Assembly (NCBI GenBank): GCA_003151795.1
Contig: PLYL01000005.1
Location: 1,011-65,010 of the forward strand
DNA from: Candidatus Yanofskybacteria bacterium
Lineage (GTDB): Bacteria > Patescibacteriota > Minisyncoccia > 2-02-FULL-40-12 > GWA2-44-9
DNA: 64,000 nucleotides
Direction of reading: 5' to 3'
The notes beneath the pieces are model-generated. The model had not been told where the DNA came from. It saw only the letters and a list, made by a program, of their open reading frames with translations, and did not search any database. The position numbers and the translations under genes are program-made. Positions 55,036-62,783 of this stretch are shown here, one piece after another (position 1 is the stretch's first letter; every line of letters starts with the position of its first letter).

Positions 55036-56000
55036 ATTATTTTTTGGCCGCCAATTTTGTTGAGGATTTTTTTGACCTTTTCCAGGCTATCGGTGTCATG
55101 AATCGAGAGCGGGGTGACGGTTGGATTATTATTTTTTAACTTTGTGACTATTTTTTTGAGTTCGGCCGGTGCAATCATGTCGGATTTGGAGATAAATAAG
55201 TATTCTTTCTTTTTTAATAATTCCGGATTGTAGGCGCCAAGTTCACCCCGAATGATATTATAATCAGCCACTGGATCAGTTGATTCGGCAGATAGCAAAT
55301 GAAAGAAGGTATTGGTGCGTTCCACGTGGCGGAGGAATTTTACGCCGAGGCCCTTGCCCATGGCCGCGCCTTCGATAATTCCCGGCACATCGGCCAGAAT
55401 TAAATCATAGTACACGCCCAAGTGCGGTTCGAGAGTCGTGAAAGCGTAGTTGGCGACTTTAGATTTCGCTCGCGTGAGTTCGTTTAAGAGCGAGGACTTG
55501 CCGGCGTTCGGCAGACCAATCAAACCGATATCGGCGATGAGTTTTAATTCTAATCTAACCGTGTATTTTTCTCCGGCTTCGCCTTTTTGAAATTCTTTCG
55601 GGCTGGTATTAGTCGAGGAGCGGAAATGATAATTGCCTTTGCCGCCTCGGCCGCCTTCGGCGACCATGACTTTCTCGCCGATTTTCGTAATTTCAATATC
55701 TGTTTTGGTATCTAAATTATGGACGACCGTGCCGACGGGGACTTGAATGGTTAAATGCTCGCCGTCTTTGCCGTCGTTAAATTGGCGTCCGCCAACTCCG
55801 CCATTTTCGGATTTGAAGACTTTGCTGTGGCGCAAACGCAACAAAGCGCCCAAGTCAGCGACGCCTTCGACGTATACGTTCCCGCCAGTGCCTCCGGTCG
55901 CGCCCGTCGGCCCCAAGGACATCATGTTCTTATTGAACCCGACCGTCCCATCTCCGCCATTCCCCGCCACGACCCTGATTGTAATATCATCGATTAACAT
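55032..56000 (-). CDS. obg: GTPase Obg/CgtA (short form without C-terminal TGS domain)
   Basis: Gly-rich Obg fold (GGDGTVGF, GGRGGKGN), G1 GLPNAGKSS, G3 DVPG. Confidence 0.85.
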   Translation of the reverse strand: MLIDDITIRVVAGNGGDGTVGFNKNMMSLGPTGATGGTGGNVYVEGVADLGALLRLRHSKVFKSENGGVGGRQFNDGKDGEHLTIQVPVGTVVHNLDTKTDIEITKIGEKVMVAEGGRGGKGNYHFRSSTNTSPKEFQKGEAGEKYTVRLELKLIADIGLIGLPNAGKSSLLNELTRAKSKVANYAFTTLEPHLGVYYDLILADVPGIIEGAAMGKGLGVKFLRHVERTNTFFHLLSAESTDPVADYNIIRGELGAYNPELLKKKEYLFISKSDMIAPAELKKIVTKLKNNNPTVTPLSIHDTDSLEKVKKILNKIGGQKII

Positions 56001-56074
56001 TGGCGGTAATTATGCCATAAAAAATTAAACTTGACAATCAGAAAACTAAAAACCCTCTTGCAGGTCTATTTCTA

Positions 56075-57130
56075 TTGCTGTATATTCAGACAATGGATAA
56101 AAAGACTCTTATTTTAAGGCTTGAAGAGCTACGTGGCTCAAAAGTGATTGTGTATATTACAAGCGACCGCCCCGGTCCTGTTAATGCGCGGGTTGCCCCA
56201 GATATTATCCCATTTTTCAGTAAGCAACTTCGAGCCATGGCTCCCACAGGCAAAATTCCGAAAATTGATCTTTTCCTTTATAGCGCAGGAGGAGATACGA
56301 TGGTACCTTGGCGACTGGTTTCAATGATTCGGGAATATTGTGATCAGTTTTCTGTACTCGTACCTTATAAAGCCCATAGTTCGGCGACAATGATTTCTCT
56401 TGGCGCAGACGAAATTGCGATGAGCGATCTTTCAGAATTGTCACCTATTGATCCTTCGACTACAAATATTTTCAACCCAGAAGATCCAAATAATAAGCAA
56501 GCACGCATTCCAATATCGGTCGAAGACGTAATGGCGTATTTCGATCTTGCAAAAAATAAGTTTGGTATTAAAAGCGATGAAGACCTTACTAAAGTTTTTA
56601 TCCAGTTTGTCGAAGCGAGTCCTGAAATTCATCCCCTCGCCCTCGGTAATGTAAATCGGATTCACAATCTCATCCGTATCTTGGCTCGTCGGCTTTTGAA
56701 GAGCCATACAAAACCGATGAAGGATGAAGAAGTAGAACGTGTCGTCGATTTCTTCACTGAAAAACTATACAGCCACCAATATTTCATTGGGCGCAAAGAA
56801 GCAAGAGATGATCTCGGTCTCAAGACGGTCATTAATGCGGACGGAATTTTAGCCCAAACCATGTTTGACCTTTATGATCTTTATCGACAGGAAATGGGGC
56901 TTGGTGCTTCTGGTTGGAACCCAGAGGTTGAGCTTGGTTTCAATACAAGTCAAAACAAAAAATCTTACCGCATTGCTTATATTGAAAGCGCAATTAGTGC
57001 CAATTACTTTGAAATTACATTAGATTTTCGTCGCCAACAAGTGATGATCCCTCAACAGACTCCACAAGGAATCATTCAAATTCCTCAAGAACAGGTCACT
57101 TTTCGACCTATTGATCAAGGCTGGAAATAA
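56075..57130 (+). CDS. ClpP/crotonase-fold SDH-like (S49-related) serine peptidase family protein
   Basis: IDLFLYSAGGD...AHSSATMISLGADEI parallels ClpP/SppA core (LYINSPGG ... AASMG). About 40% GC. Confidence 0.5.
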   Translation: MLYIQTMDKKTLILRLEELRGSKVIVYITSDRPGPVNARVAPDIIPFFSKQLRAMAPTGKIPKIDLFLYSAGGDTMVPWRLVSMIREYCDQFSVLVPYKAHSSATMISLGADEIAMSDLSELSPIDPSTTNIFNPEDPNNKQARIPISVEDVMAYFDLAKNKFGIKSDEDLTKVFIQFVEASPEIHPLALGNVNRIHNLIRILARRLLKSHTKPMKDEEVERVVDFFTEKLYSHQYFIGRKEARDDLGLKTVINADGILAQTMFDLYDLYRQEMGLGASGWNPEVELGFNTSQNKKSYRIAYIESAISANYFEITLDFRRQQVMIPQQTPQGIIQIPQEQVTFRPIDQGWK

Positions 57131-57136
57131 AATTAT

Positions 57137-57712
57137 ATGTCTTTACCCTTATTTTTAAATTCATCATTCTTCTTAGCACTAACAACTTCGGCTGTTGGTT
57201 ATTTCGCTATTTATTTATATCAAAGACAAAAACGTGATAAAAAACAAGACATAGCCCGCCTTATATTACAAGAAATTCGATACGCAGAATTAAAAGTTAG
57301 ACGTCATCGAGAATTTGGTCAGTATAAATTATATGATAAACTTTTACCAACAAATAGTTGGAATGATAATTTACATCTTTTCATTAACGAATTAAGTGAG
57401 TCTGAGGTTGATTTAATAAGTGATTTTTATTCTAAGTCATCTTACCTCGATGTTTTGATAAGAGCTATATCAGATCAAAGAACCAATATAGCTCCAAGCA
57501 TTATTCACCAAAACACAGTAAATGAGGGAATAACCCCACCTATCCAAAATCAAACAATACGGGGACCTATGATTATTGAAACGCAAATTACTAACTCAAT
57601 AACACAAGGTATTCTAAATGATGTCTCTTTAAATTTTGTATTTATATATAATACTCCCACAGTTGAAAGACTGCGGTTCATAGCGACTAAGAGAAAAAAT
57701 AATCAAAGCTAG
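57137..57712 (+). CDS. Hypothetical protein with N-terminal TM, strongly AT-rich (about 30% GC)
   Basis: TM FFLALTTSAVGYFAIYLY then KRDKK. No known domain. Begins 7 nt after the previous gene. Confidence 0.4.
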   Translation: MSLPLFLNSSFFLALTTSAVGYFAIYLYQRQKRDKKQDIARLILQEIRYAELKVRRHREFGQYKLYDKLLPTNSWNDNLHLFINELSESEVDLISDFYSKSSYLDVLIRAISDQRTNIAPSIIHQNTVNEGITPPIQNQTIRGPMIIETQITNSITQGILNDVSLNFVFIYNTPTVERLRFIATKRKNNQS

Positions 57713-57865
57713 AGGTTATTTCTATTGGAGTTAGATAGATTTTAACTAATCAGATTCTCGAGATAATCTTTGAACATCTATCTCACAATCGCATCGTGGA
57801 TATGGGGGATTTGGTTTGTGACGGCGTTTAAGGCGAAGAAGAAGAATGTTGATCCCGTTTGTTTT

Positions 57866-57894
57866 TTGACCGCAACGAAAGGCTGTGGTATAGT
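57866..57894 (+). promoter_or_regulatory. Sigma70-like promoter TTGACC-N17-TATAGT
   Basis: -35 at 57866-57871 and -10 at 57889-57894, followed by an AAGGAGG SD 5 nt before the ATG at 57913. Nested inverted repeats (agatagat...atctatct) lie 80 nt upstream. Confidence 0.55.
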
Positions 57895-57912
57895 TTTGCT
57901 TAAGGAGGCCGC

Positions 57913-58104
57913 ATGATTGATTTCCCGTTGCTAACTGGCGGGCGTAAAGGCGTGGAAGTGTTCGTGAACAGCAAGTGCATCGCCTACATCACGCCGGACA
58001 AAGGGTTCATGCTCGGCTCCGGTCTCGTGGTTTCTGCGGAAGAATTGCGCAGGATTGCCGACAAGGTCGACGAGATTAAGAAGTTGCAGGAGGGTTCGTC
58101 ATGA
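57913..58104 (+). CDS. Hypothetical small protein (63 aa), GC-rich
   Basis: Canonical promoter and SD. Its stop overlaps the next start (ATGA). Confidence 0.45.
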   Translation: MIDFPLLTGGRKGVEVFVNSKCIAYITPDKGFMLGSGLVVSAEELRRIADKVDEIKKLQEGSS

Positions 58105-58460
58105 GTCTGGTACGTTGCGGCCACATCTGCGACTGCGATTGCCATGGGCCGGTTCTGCATCGTCAGCCCGGTCCCGAGCTGGGGAAAAAGTACCTCATCG
58201 AGTTGCCGGAGATTGTCCACAATGGACCATGTTGTGACTACCTTTGTCCCGCAGGATGTGGCAACAACATCCTGCGGGGTATGACCAAGGCGCATCTCAT
58301 GGCTCCCCAGTGCCACGGCAAGACCGAAGCCGAAGCCGACAATCTTATCGCGAATCCGCCTGTTGTCTCGCCTGTCGTCCGAGCCGTTCAAGCTTTGATT
58401 GACAGTCCCGACCTCGCACGCAAAAGGTTCGCCGATGAGTTTGGCCGCGAATCAAAATAA
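58101..58460 (+). CDS. Cysteine-rich hypothetical protein (119 aa; CGHICDCDCHG, GPCCDYLCPAGCGNN, QCHGK)
   Basis: Translationally coupled to the upstream ORF. 13 Cys plus His clusters suggest metal or Fe-S binding. Confidence 0.45.
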   Translation: MSLVRCGHICDCDCHGPVLHRQPGPELGKKYLIELPEIVHNGPCCDYLCPAGCGNNILRGMTKAHLMAPQCHGKTEAEADNLIANPPVVSPVVRAVQALIDSPDLARKRFADEFGRESK

Positions 58461-58475
58461 GCCGCTTGGTCTCAC

Positions 58476-58508
58476 GCCGCCCCAATCCCGGGGCGGCAAT
58501 TTCTTTTT
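58476..58508 (+). terminator. Intrinsic terminator (gccgcccc-aatccc-ggggcggc then aatttcttttt)
   Basis: Perfect 8-bp GC stem plus T-run. Confidence 0.65.
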
Positions 58509-58553
58509 AAAAAGCAAAACGCACCCCGGACAAAGCAGTGCGTCTGCATTGGC

Positions 58554-58931
58554 CTAGGGCGCGGCGATTTCCGTGCTCGTCTTCTTGATCGTATTTTTGG
58601 GAAAGTACTTGGTACCGATGTGGCGGACCAGCGCCATCTTTTGAGGACTTCTCGCGGGAAGTTCCTCGTACAATTTCATCGCGCCCGAGAGCCCCGATGG
58701 ATGTTCCTTCAACTTGGTCTGGATTGCCTCATCCGCTTCCGTGTCTGCCTGCTTAAAGGCAATTTCAACGCTGACGATGTCGATTCCAGTTCTTCGGTAC
58801 ATCCACCCTGTATCAACCTCTGTGTGCATGTAAGCCCCCAGTAAAGATTGTACAAAAATATTATTTTTGGTCAATGGGCCGCCAGCGCCAGGGAAGCCCA
58901 ATTTATTTTTAAAAATGATATAATCAGGCAT
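58554..58931 (-). CDS. Hypothetical protein (125 aa). Its start codon overlaps the divergent helicase start.
   Basis: ORF only. ATG overlaps the + strand ATG by 2 nt, so one of the two starts may be misassigned. Confidence 0.3.
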   Translation of the reverse strand: MPDYIIFKNKLGFPGAGGPLTKNNIFVQSLLGAYMHTEVDTGWMYRRTGIDIVSVEIAFKQADTEADEAIQTKLKEHPSGLSGAMKLYEELPARSPQKMALVRHIGTKYFPKNTIKKTSTEIAAP

Positions 58932-61836
58932 GGATTTTAAGGAAGCCTATAAGCAACTCAATCCGGAGCAGAAGAAAGCCGTCGACGCGATTGAAGGGCC
59001 GGTGATGGTTGTCGCGGGACCGGGGACGGGCAAGACGCAGATTTTGGTTTTGCGAATCGCCAATATTTTATTAAAGACTGATACGCCCGCAAGCGGAATT
59101 TTAGCCTTAACATTTACTGAAGCCGGGGCAAAAGAAATGAAACGGCGCGTGCGAGAAATAATCGGTTCGCGGGCCGATGAAGTCCGAGTCCATACCTATC
59201 ATGGCTTTGCGGCTTCGGTCATCGCTGAATTTCCAGAGCATTTTCCTCATCTTTCCCGGACTAAGCAATTAACAGACATCGAGACAGAATCGATGGTGCG
59301 CGATATTTTGAAAGAAAAAAGATTCGCGCCTTTGCGTCCGTACGGCGAGCCCGATTTGTACGTCGGTAAAATTATCGGCGCCATCGCTGATTCTAAAAAA
59401 GAAGCTTGGACTCCGGACATGGTTGCCAGTTTCGCCGCGGATGAAATTAAGCGAATTGAAAATGATGAAGATTCAATTTCTAGCCGCGGGCCAACCAAGG
59501 GCAAATTAAAAGCCGAGGCTTTGAAACGGATTGAGAAATGCGAACGCACGTTATTATTCGCCGAAGTCTACCGGGTCTATGAATCTCGCAAAAGAACGGA
59601 AAGGATGATGGATTTTGAAGATTTAATTTTTGAACTCATTACCGCACTGAAGAAAGACGAACTCCTGCTTCGTCTATTGCAAGAGAAATATTTATATATC
59701 TTAGTCGATGAGCATCAAGACACGAATGACGCTCAAAACGCGCTCATCCGTTTAATTGCCGATTTCTTCGAAACGCCCAACTTGTTTGTCGTCGGTGACG
59801 AGAAGCAGGCGATTTATCGTTTTCAAGGCGCTTCGGTTGAGAATTTTTTAAAGTTCCAAAGTATTTGGCAGTCGATGAAAGTGATCCCTCTTAGGGAGAA
59901 CTATCGCTCGCACCAGAGTATTCTAGACGCCACATTCGCGATGATCGAGCGCAACTACGACGAAGGCGAGCATGTTGATTTGCGCGTGCGTTTGAAATCA
60001 GCCAACGGCCAGCCCTCCAAACCGCTCGATGTCGTGCACGCCGGCAATGCCGAAGCCGGCGACGAGTATCTAGTAAAAGAATTAGCAAAAATAAAAAAAG
60101 GCACGGTGGCGATAATTGTCCGCCGCAACCGAGATATCCCGCGATTATTGAGTTTGTGCGAAGAACATGGGATTCAAGCTTCAGCCGAAAGAGGAACGGA
60201 TATTTTTTCGCATCCGGTCGGTTCTTTATTTTTCAGTCTTATTGAGTTTTTAGCGGATACTGGCCAGACCGAAGCTTTGGCCCAAACCATTGCCGGCGGT
60301 TTATGGAAGCTGACTCTTGAAAAATCCGCTAGCTTAATCCGAGCGATTCGGAGCGGAACTTTGCGGGACATTGAACGCGATCTTCCTGAATTAAAGAAGC
60401 TAGCGAATGAAATTACCCATGCCGGTTCAGTCGCGTATCTCACGCTGGCCGGCCAGATGAGCGGTTTAACCGGCCTTTCGGCAAGCGAACCTTTAGCCGC
60501 TGAAGTTTGGCACGCGATTATTGCGCTGGCCCAGCACCTGGCCCGGTCGCATGGTCTCGCCGATGACCCGCGCGCTTTGATTAAATTATTGCTGGAATAT
60601 CGAACTTCCGCTGAAAAAAAGACTATTAAAATCAGTACGGGTTCGCCCGAGGCTCGGGTAAAGATTATGACCGCTCACGGCTCTAAAGGGCTTGAATTTG
60701 ATTATGTATTTTTACCGTACGCGACCGAAGAAGCGTGGTTGCCTCGAGTTCGAGGATCTTATTTTGTTTTGCCCCGCGGCAAAGAAGAAGGCGATGAAAT
60801 TCGCGACTCGCGCCGTTTGTTTTATGTCGCGCTTACCCGGGCTAAAAAACATGTCTCTATTATTGCTCCTCTTCAAGAAGGTTTAGACACGGCCCTGACG
60901 CCGCTTCGCTTCTTGAGCGAGCTTGACCCAAACCACATTTCAAAAATAAATATCCCCGCTGTTGAAGTTCATCTCGGTACTGCTTCGCTTGAAAGCCGCC
61001 AGTCGAGCCGTCGGACTGAAACTATCGAATACGCTAAATCCATCCTTTTGGAGAAAGGCCTTTCCGTTACCGCTTTAAATCATTTTTGCGATTGTCCAAG
61101 AAAGTTTTTCTATAAAAGCATTTTAAAACTGCCGGAACCGCCGAGCGCGAATGCCGAAAAAGGCAACGCCATGCACGAAGCATTAGCGCGGGTTTGGCAT
61201 TTAAAAGATAAAAGCCAAGAAAAAATTTCAAAGACAATAATTGAATCAGTCAGTGCGTATTTCAACGCCTCCTTGCTGCCGTCATTTGAAAAAGAGCCCT
61301 TGCTTGAAGATTTGATTGAGACTGCGCCGATTGTTGCCGCAGCTTTGAAAGCTCATGTAAATCAGTTGGGTACGATTATGACGGAGACGTGGACGGAAAG
61401 ACTTTACGAAGGCGAATATCAAAAGACGGCCGTCCCTTTGCTATTGCATGGCAAACTCGATGCGGTTCTTGAAACAGCCGCGGATGTCTTGGTCTTTGAT
61501 TACAAAACTCGCGAAGCGATGAGCGAGAATGCTATCAAAGGCCAGACAAAAGACAGCGATGGAAATTATTTCCGCCAGCTGGTTTTTTATAAGATGCTAC
61601 TTGAAAATAAATCAAAATATAAAAACAAAACAATTCAGCCAGCGCTTGTATTTTTAAAACCTGATGCCAAAGGCCAATGTAAAATTATTTCTCTGCCAGT
61701 TTCCGCTGAAGATATCCGGACTGTCGAAGGGGAAATTCAAACCCTCATCACCAGTGTCTGGTCAGGCAATTTCCTTACCGACACCTGTGATGATAAAGAT
61801 TGTGAGTTTTGCGCTCTGCGGAAACTCATACAATGA
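58930..61836 (+). CDS. UvrD/PcrA-type SF1 helicase fused to C-terminal PD-(D/E)xK (Cas4/AddB-like, Cys-cluster) nuclease
   Basis: Helicase motifs I (AGPGTGKT), II (ILVDEHQDTN), Q-motif. C-terminal FCDCPRK...LDAVLE...VFDYKT...CDDKDCEFC matches the RecB-family nuclease with a 4-Cys cluster. Confidence 0.8.
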   Translation: MDFKEAYKQLNPEQKKAVDAIEGPVMVVAGPGTGKTQILVLRIANILLKTDTPASGILALTFTEAGAKEMKRRVREIIGSRADEVRVHTYHGFAASVIAEFPEHFPHLSRTKQLTDIETESMVRDILKEKRFAPLRPYGEPDLYVGKIIGAIADSKKEAWTPDMVASFAADEIKRIENDEDSISSRGPTKGKLKAEALKRIEKCERTLLFAEVYRVYESRKRTERMMDFEDLIFELITALKKDELLLRLLQEKYLYILVDEHQDTNDAQNALIRLIADFFETPNLFVVGDEKQAIYRFQGASVENFLKFQSIWQSMKVIPLRENYRSHQSILDATFAMIERNYDEGEHVDLRVRLKSANGQPSKPLDVVHAGNAEAGDEYLVKELAKIKKGTVAIIVRRNRDIPRLLSLCEEHGIQASAERGTDIFSHPVGSLFFSLIEFLADTGQTEALAQTIAGGLWKLTLEKSASLIRAIRSGTLRDIERDLPELKKLANEITHAGSVAYLTLAGQMSGLTGLSASEPLAAEVWHAIIALAQHLARSHGLADDPRALIKLLLEYRTSAEKKTIKISTGSPEARVKIMTAHGSKGLEFDYVFLPYATEEAWLPRVRGSYFVLPRGKEEGDEIRDSRRLFYVALTRAKKHVSIIAPLQEGLDTALTPLRFLSELDPNHISKINIPAVEVHLGTASLESRQSSRRTETIEYAKSILLEKGLSVTALNHFCDCPRKFFYKSILKLPEPPSANAEKGNAMHEALARVWHLKDKSQEKISKTIIESVSAYFNASLLPSFEKEPLLEDLIETAPIVAAALKAHVNQLGTIMTETWTERLYEGEYQKTAVPLLLHGKLDAVLETAADVLVFDYKTREAMSENAIKGQTKDSDGNYFRQLVFYKMLLENKSKYKNKTIQPALVFLKPDAKGQCKIISLPVSAEDIRTVEGEIQTLITSVWSGNFLTDTCDDKDCEFCALRKLIQ

Positions 61837-61841
61837 TCTGG

Positions 61842-61883
61842 AGTTGTCATATGAACATATGCGCATATGTTCATATGACAACT
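61842..61883. repeat. Perfect 42-bp palindrome AGTTGTCATATGAACATATGC|GCATATGTTCATATGACAACT
   Basis: Read directly. It begins 6 nt after the helicase-nuclease stop, contains three CATATG cores, and has no flanking T-run. Confidence 0.9.
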
Positions 61884-61920
61884 GGCCCCTATGACACATA
61901 AGGAAGCGAATATTTATTAT

Positions 61921-61957
61921 TTTAAATTAAAAAGCGGTCGCCAGAAGAGGCGACCGC
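61921..61957 (-). terminator. Intrinsic terminator for the minus-strand gene (gcggtcgcc-tcttct-ggcgaccgc then tttttaatttaaa on minus)
   Basis: Perfect 9-bp stem followed by a T-run on the minus strand. Confidence 0.65.
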
Positions 61958-62004
61958 AGGATGGCACTCTCGCACCATCCTGCGTCGGATGGGCGAGATG
62001 CGCT

Positions 62005-62667
62005 CTATGGCGCGACGGGTTTGGTGTGGAAGGTTCTGTCCCACCGGACTTGAAACGTCAAGTGGTTGCTGGGCAGACGTTGGAGCCAGAGCTCCACGTT
62101 TCCGACTGGGCCCGCTTTGAGCGTTGTGGTGATGAATGGCCGACTTTGCCATTCATCTTGGCCGAATTGGTAGCCGGCATAGCCACCGCCCATCTTGATA
62201 CGTCCAAAGTCGTATTCCAGCTTGGCCCTTTCGAGCACGTGTTGGATTCGGCCCGCCTCATTGAGAGGTAGATACGGGAAGTAGGTAACCTGTCCGCCGA
62301 CCTTCGGCGTGATGTGATAGATCGCCAGAGCCCACGGGATGAGGTACGTTGCCCCGCCCGAAGTCGGACCGAGCGCCTTGTCGATGTACCCTTCGCCAAT
62401 CACCACAAGATGCTTCGAGTCGAACAGAGTACCTCCAGCGCCGATTATTACCTCGCGGTAGTCGCTGGCATGTCCGAAGTCAATGTAGCTGATGTCCCAG
62501 GGAATCAGTTTCCCTTTTTGGCCGAAGGCCTCGACGTAGTGGTACTCTCCGTTGCCCGTTGCGGTCCGGGCAATCGCGTAGACATCCGTTGAGGGGGCTG
62601 TTGTCTGCGCGGAAACCGAGGTTACCGCCAGTGACGCGATGATGAATGCGATAATTGGTTTAATCAC
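62005..62667 (-). CDS. Secreted hypothetical protein (signal peptide, beta-rich, about 58% GC)
   Basis: Signal MIKPIIAFIIASLAVTSVSA-QT, then alternating-hydrophobicity beta-strand pattern. Confidence 0.5.
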   Translation of the reverse strand: MIKPIIAFIIASLAVTSVSAQTTAPSTDVYAIARTATGNGEYHYVEAFGQKGKLIPWDISYIDFGHASDYREVIIGAGGTLFDSKHLVVIGEGYIDKALGPTSGGATYLIPWALAIYHITPKVGGQVTYFPYLPLNEAGRIQHVLERAKLEYDFGRIKMGGGYAGYQFGQDEWQSRPFITTTLKAGPVGNVELWLQRLPSNHLTFQVRWDRTFHTKPVAP

Positions 62668-62783
62668 GGTTAACCGCCTCCTGGCAGTCGATTAGTTGTT
62701 AAAGTAGGGGAATAAACCCCATGCTGATATTGTAGCACAAAATAAGTATTTTTGTCAACTTTAGTAAAGTTGTTGTTTTTGGT

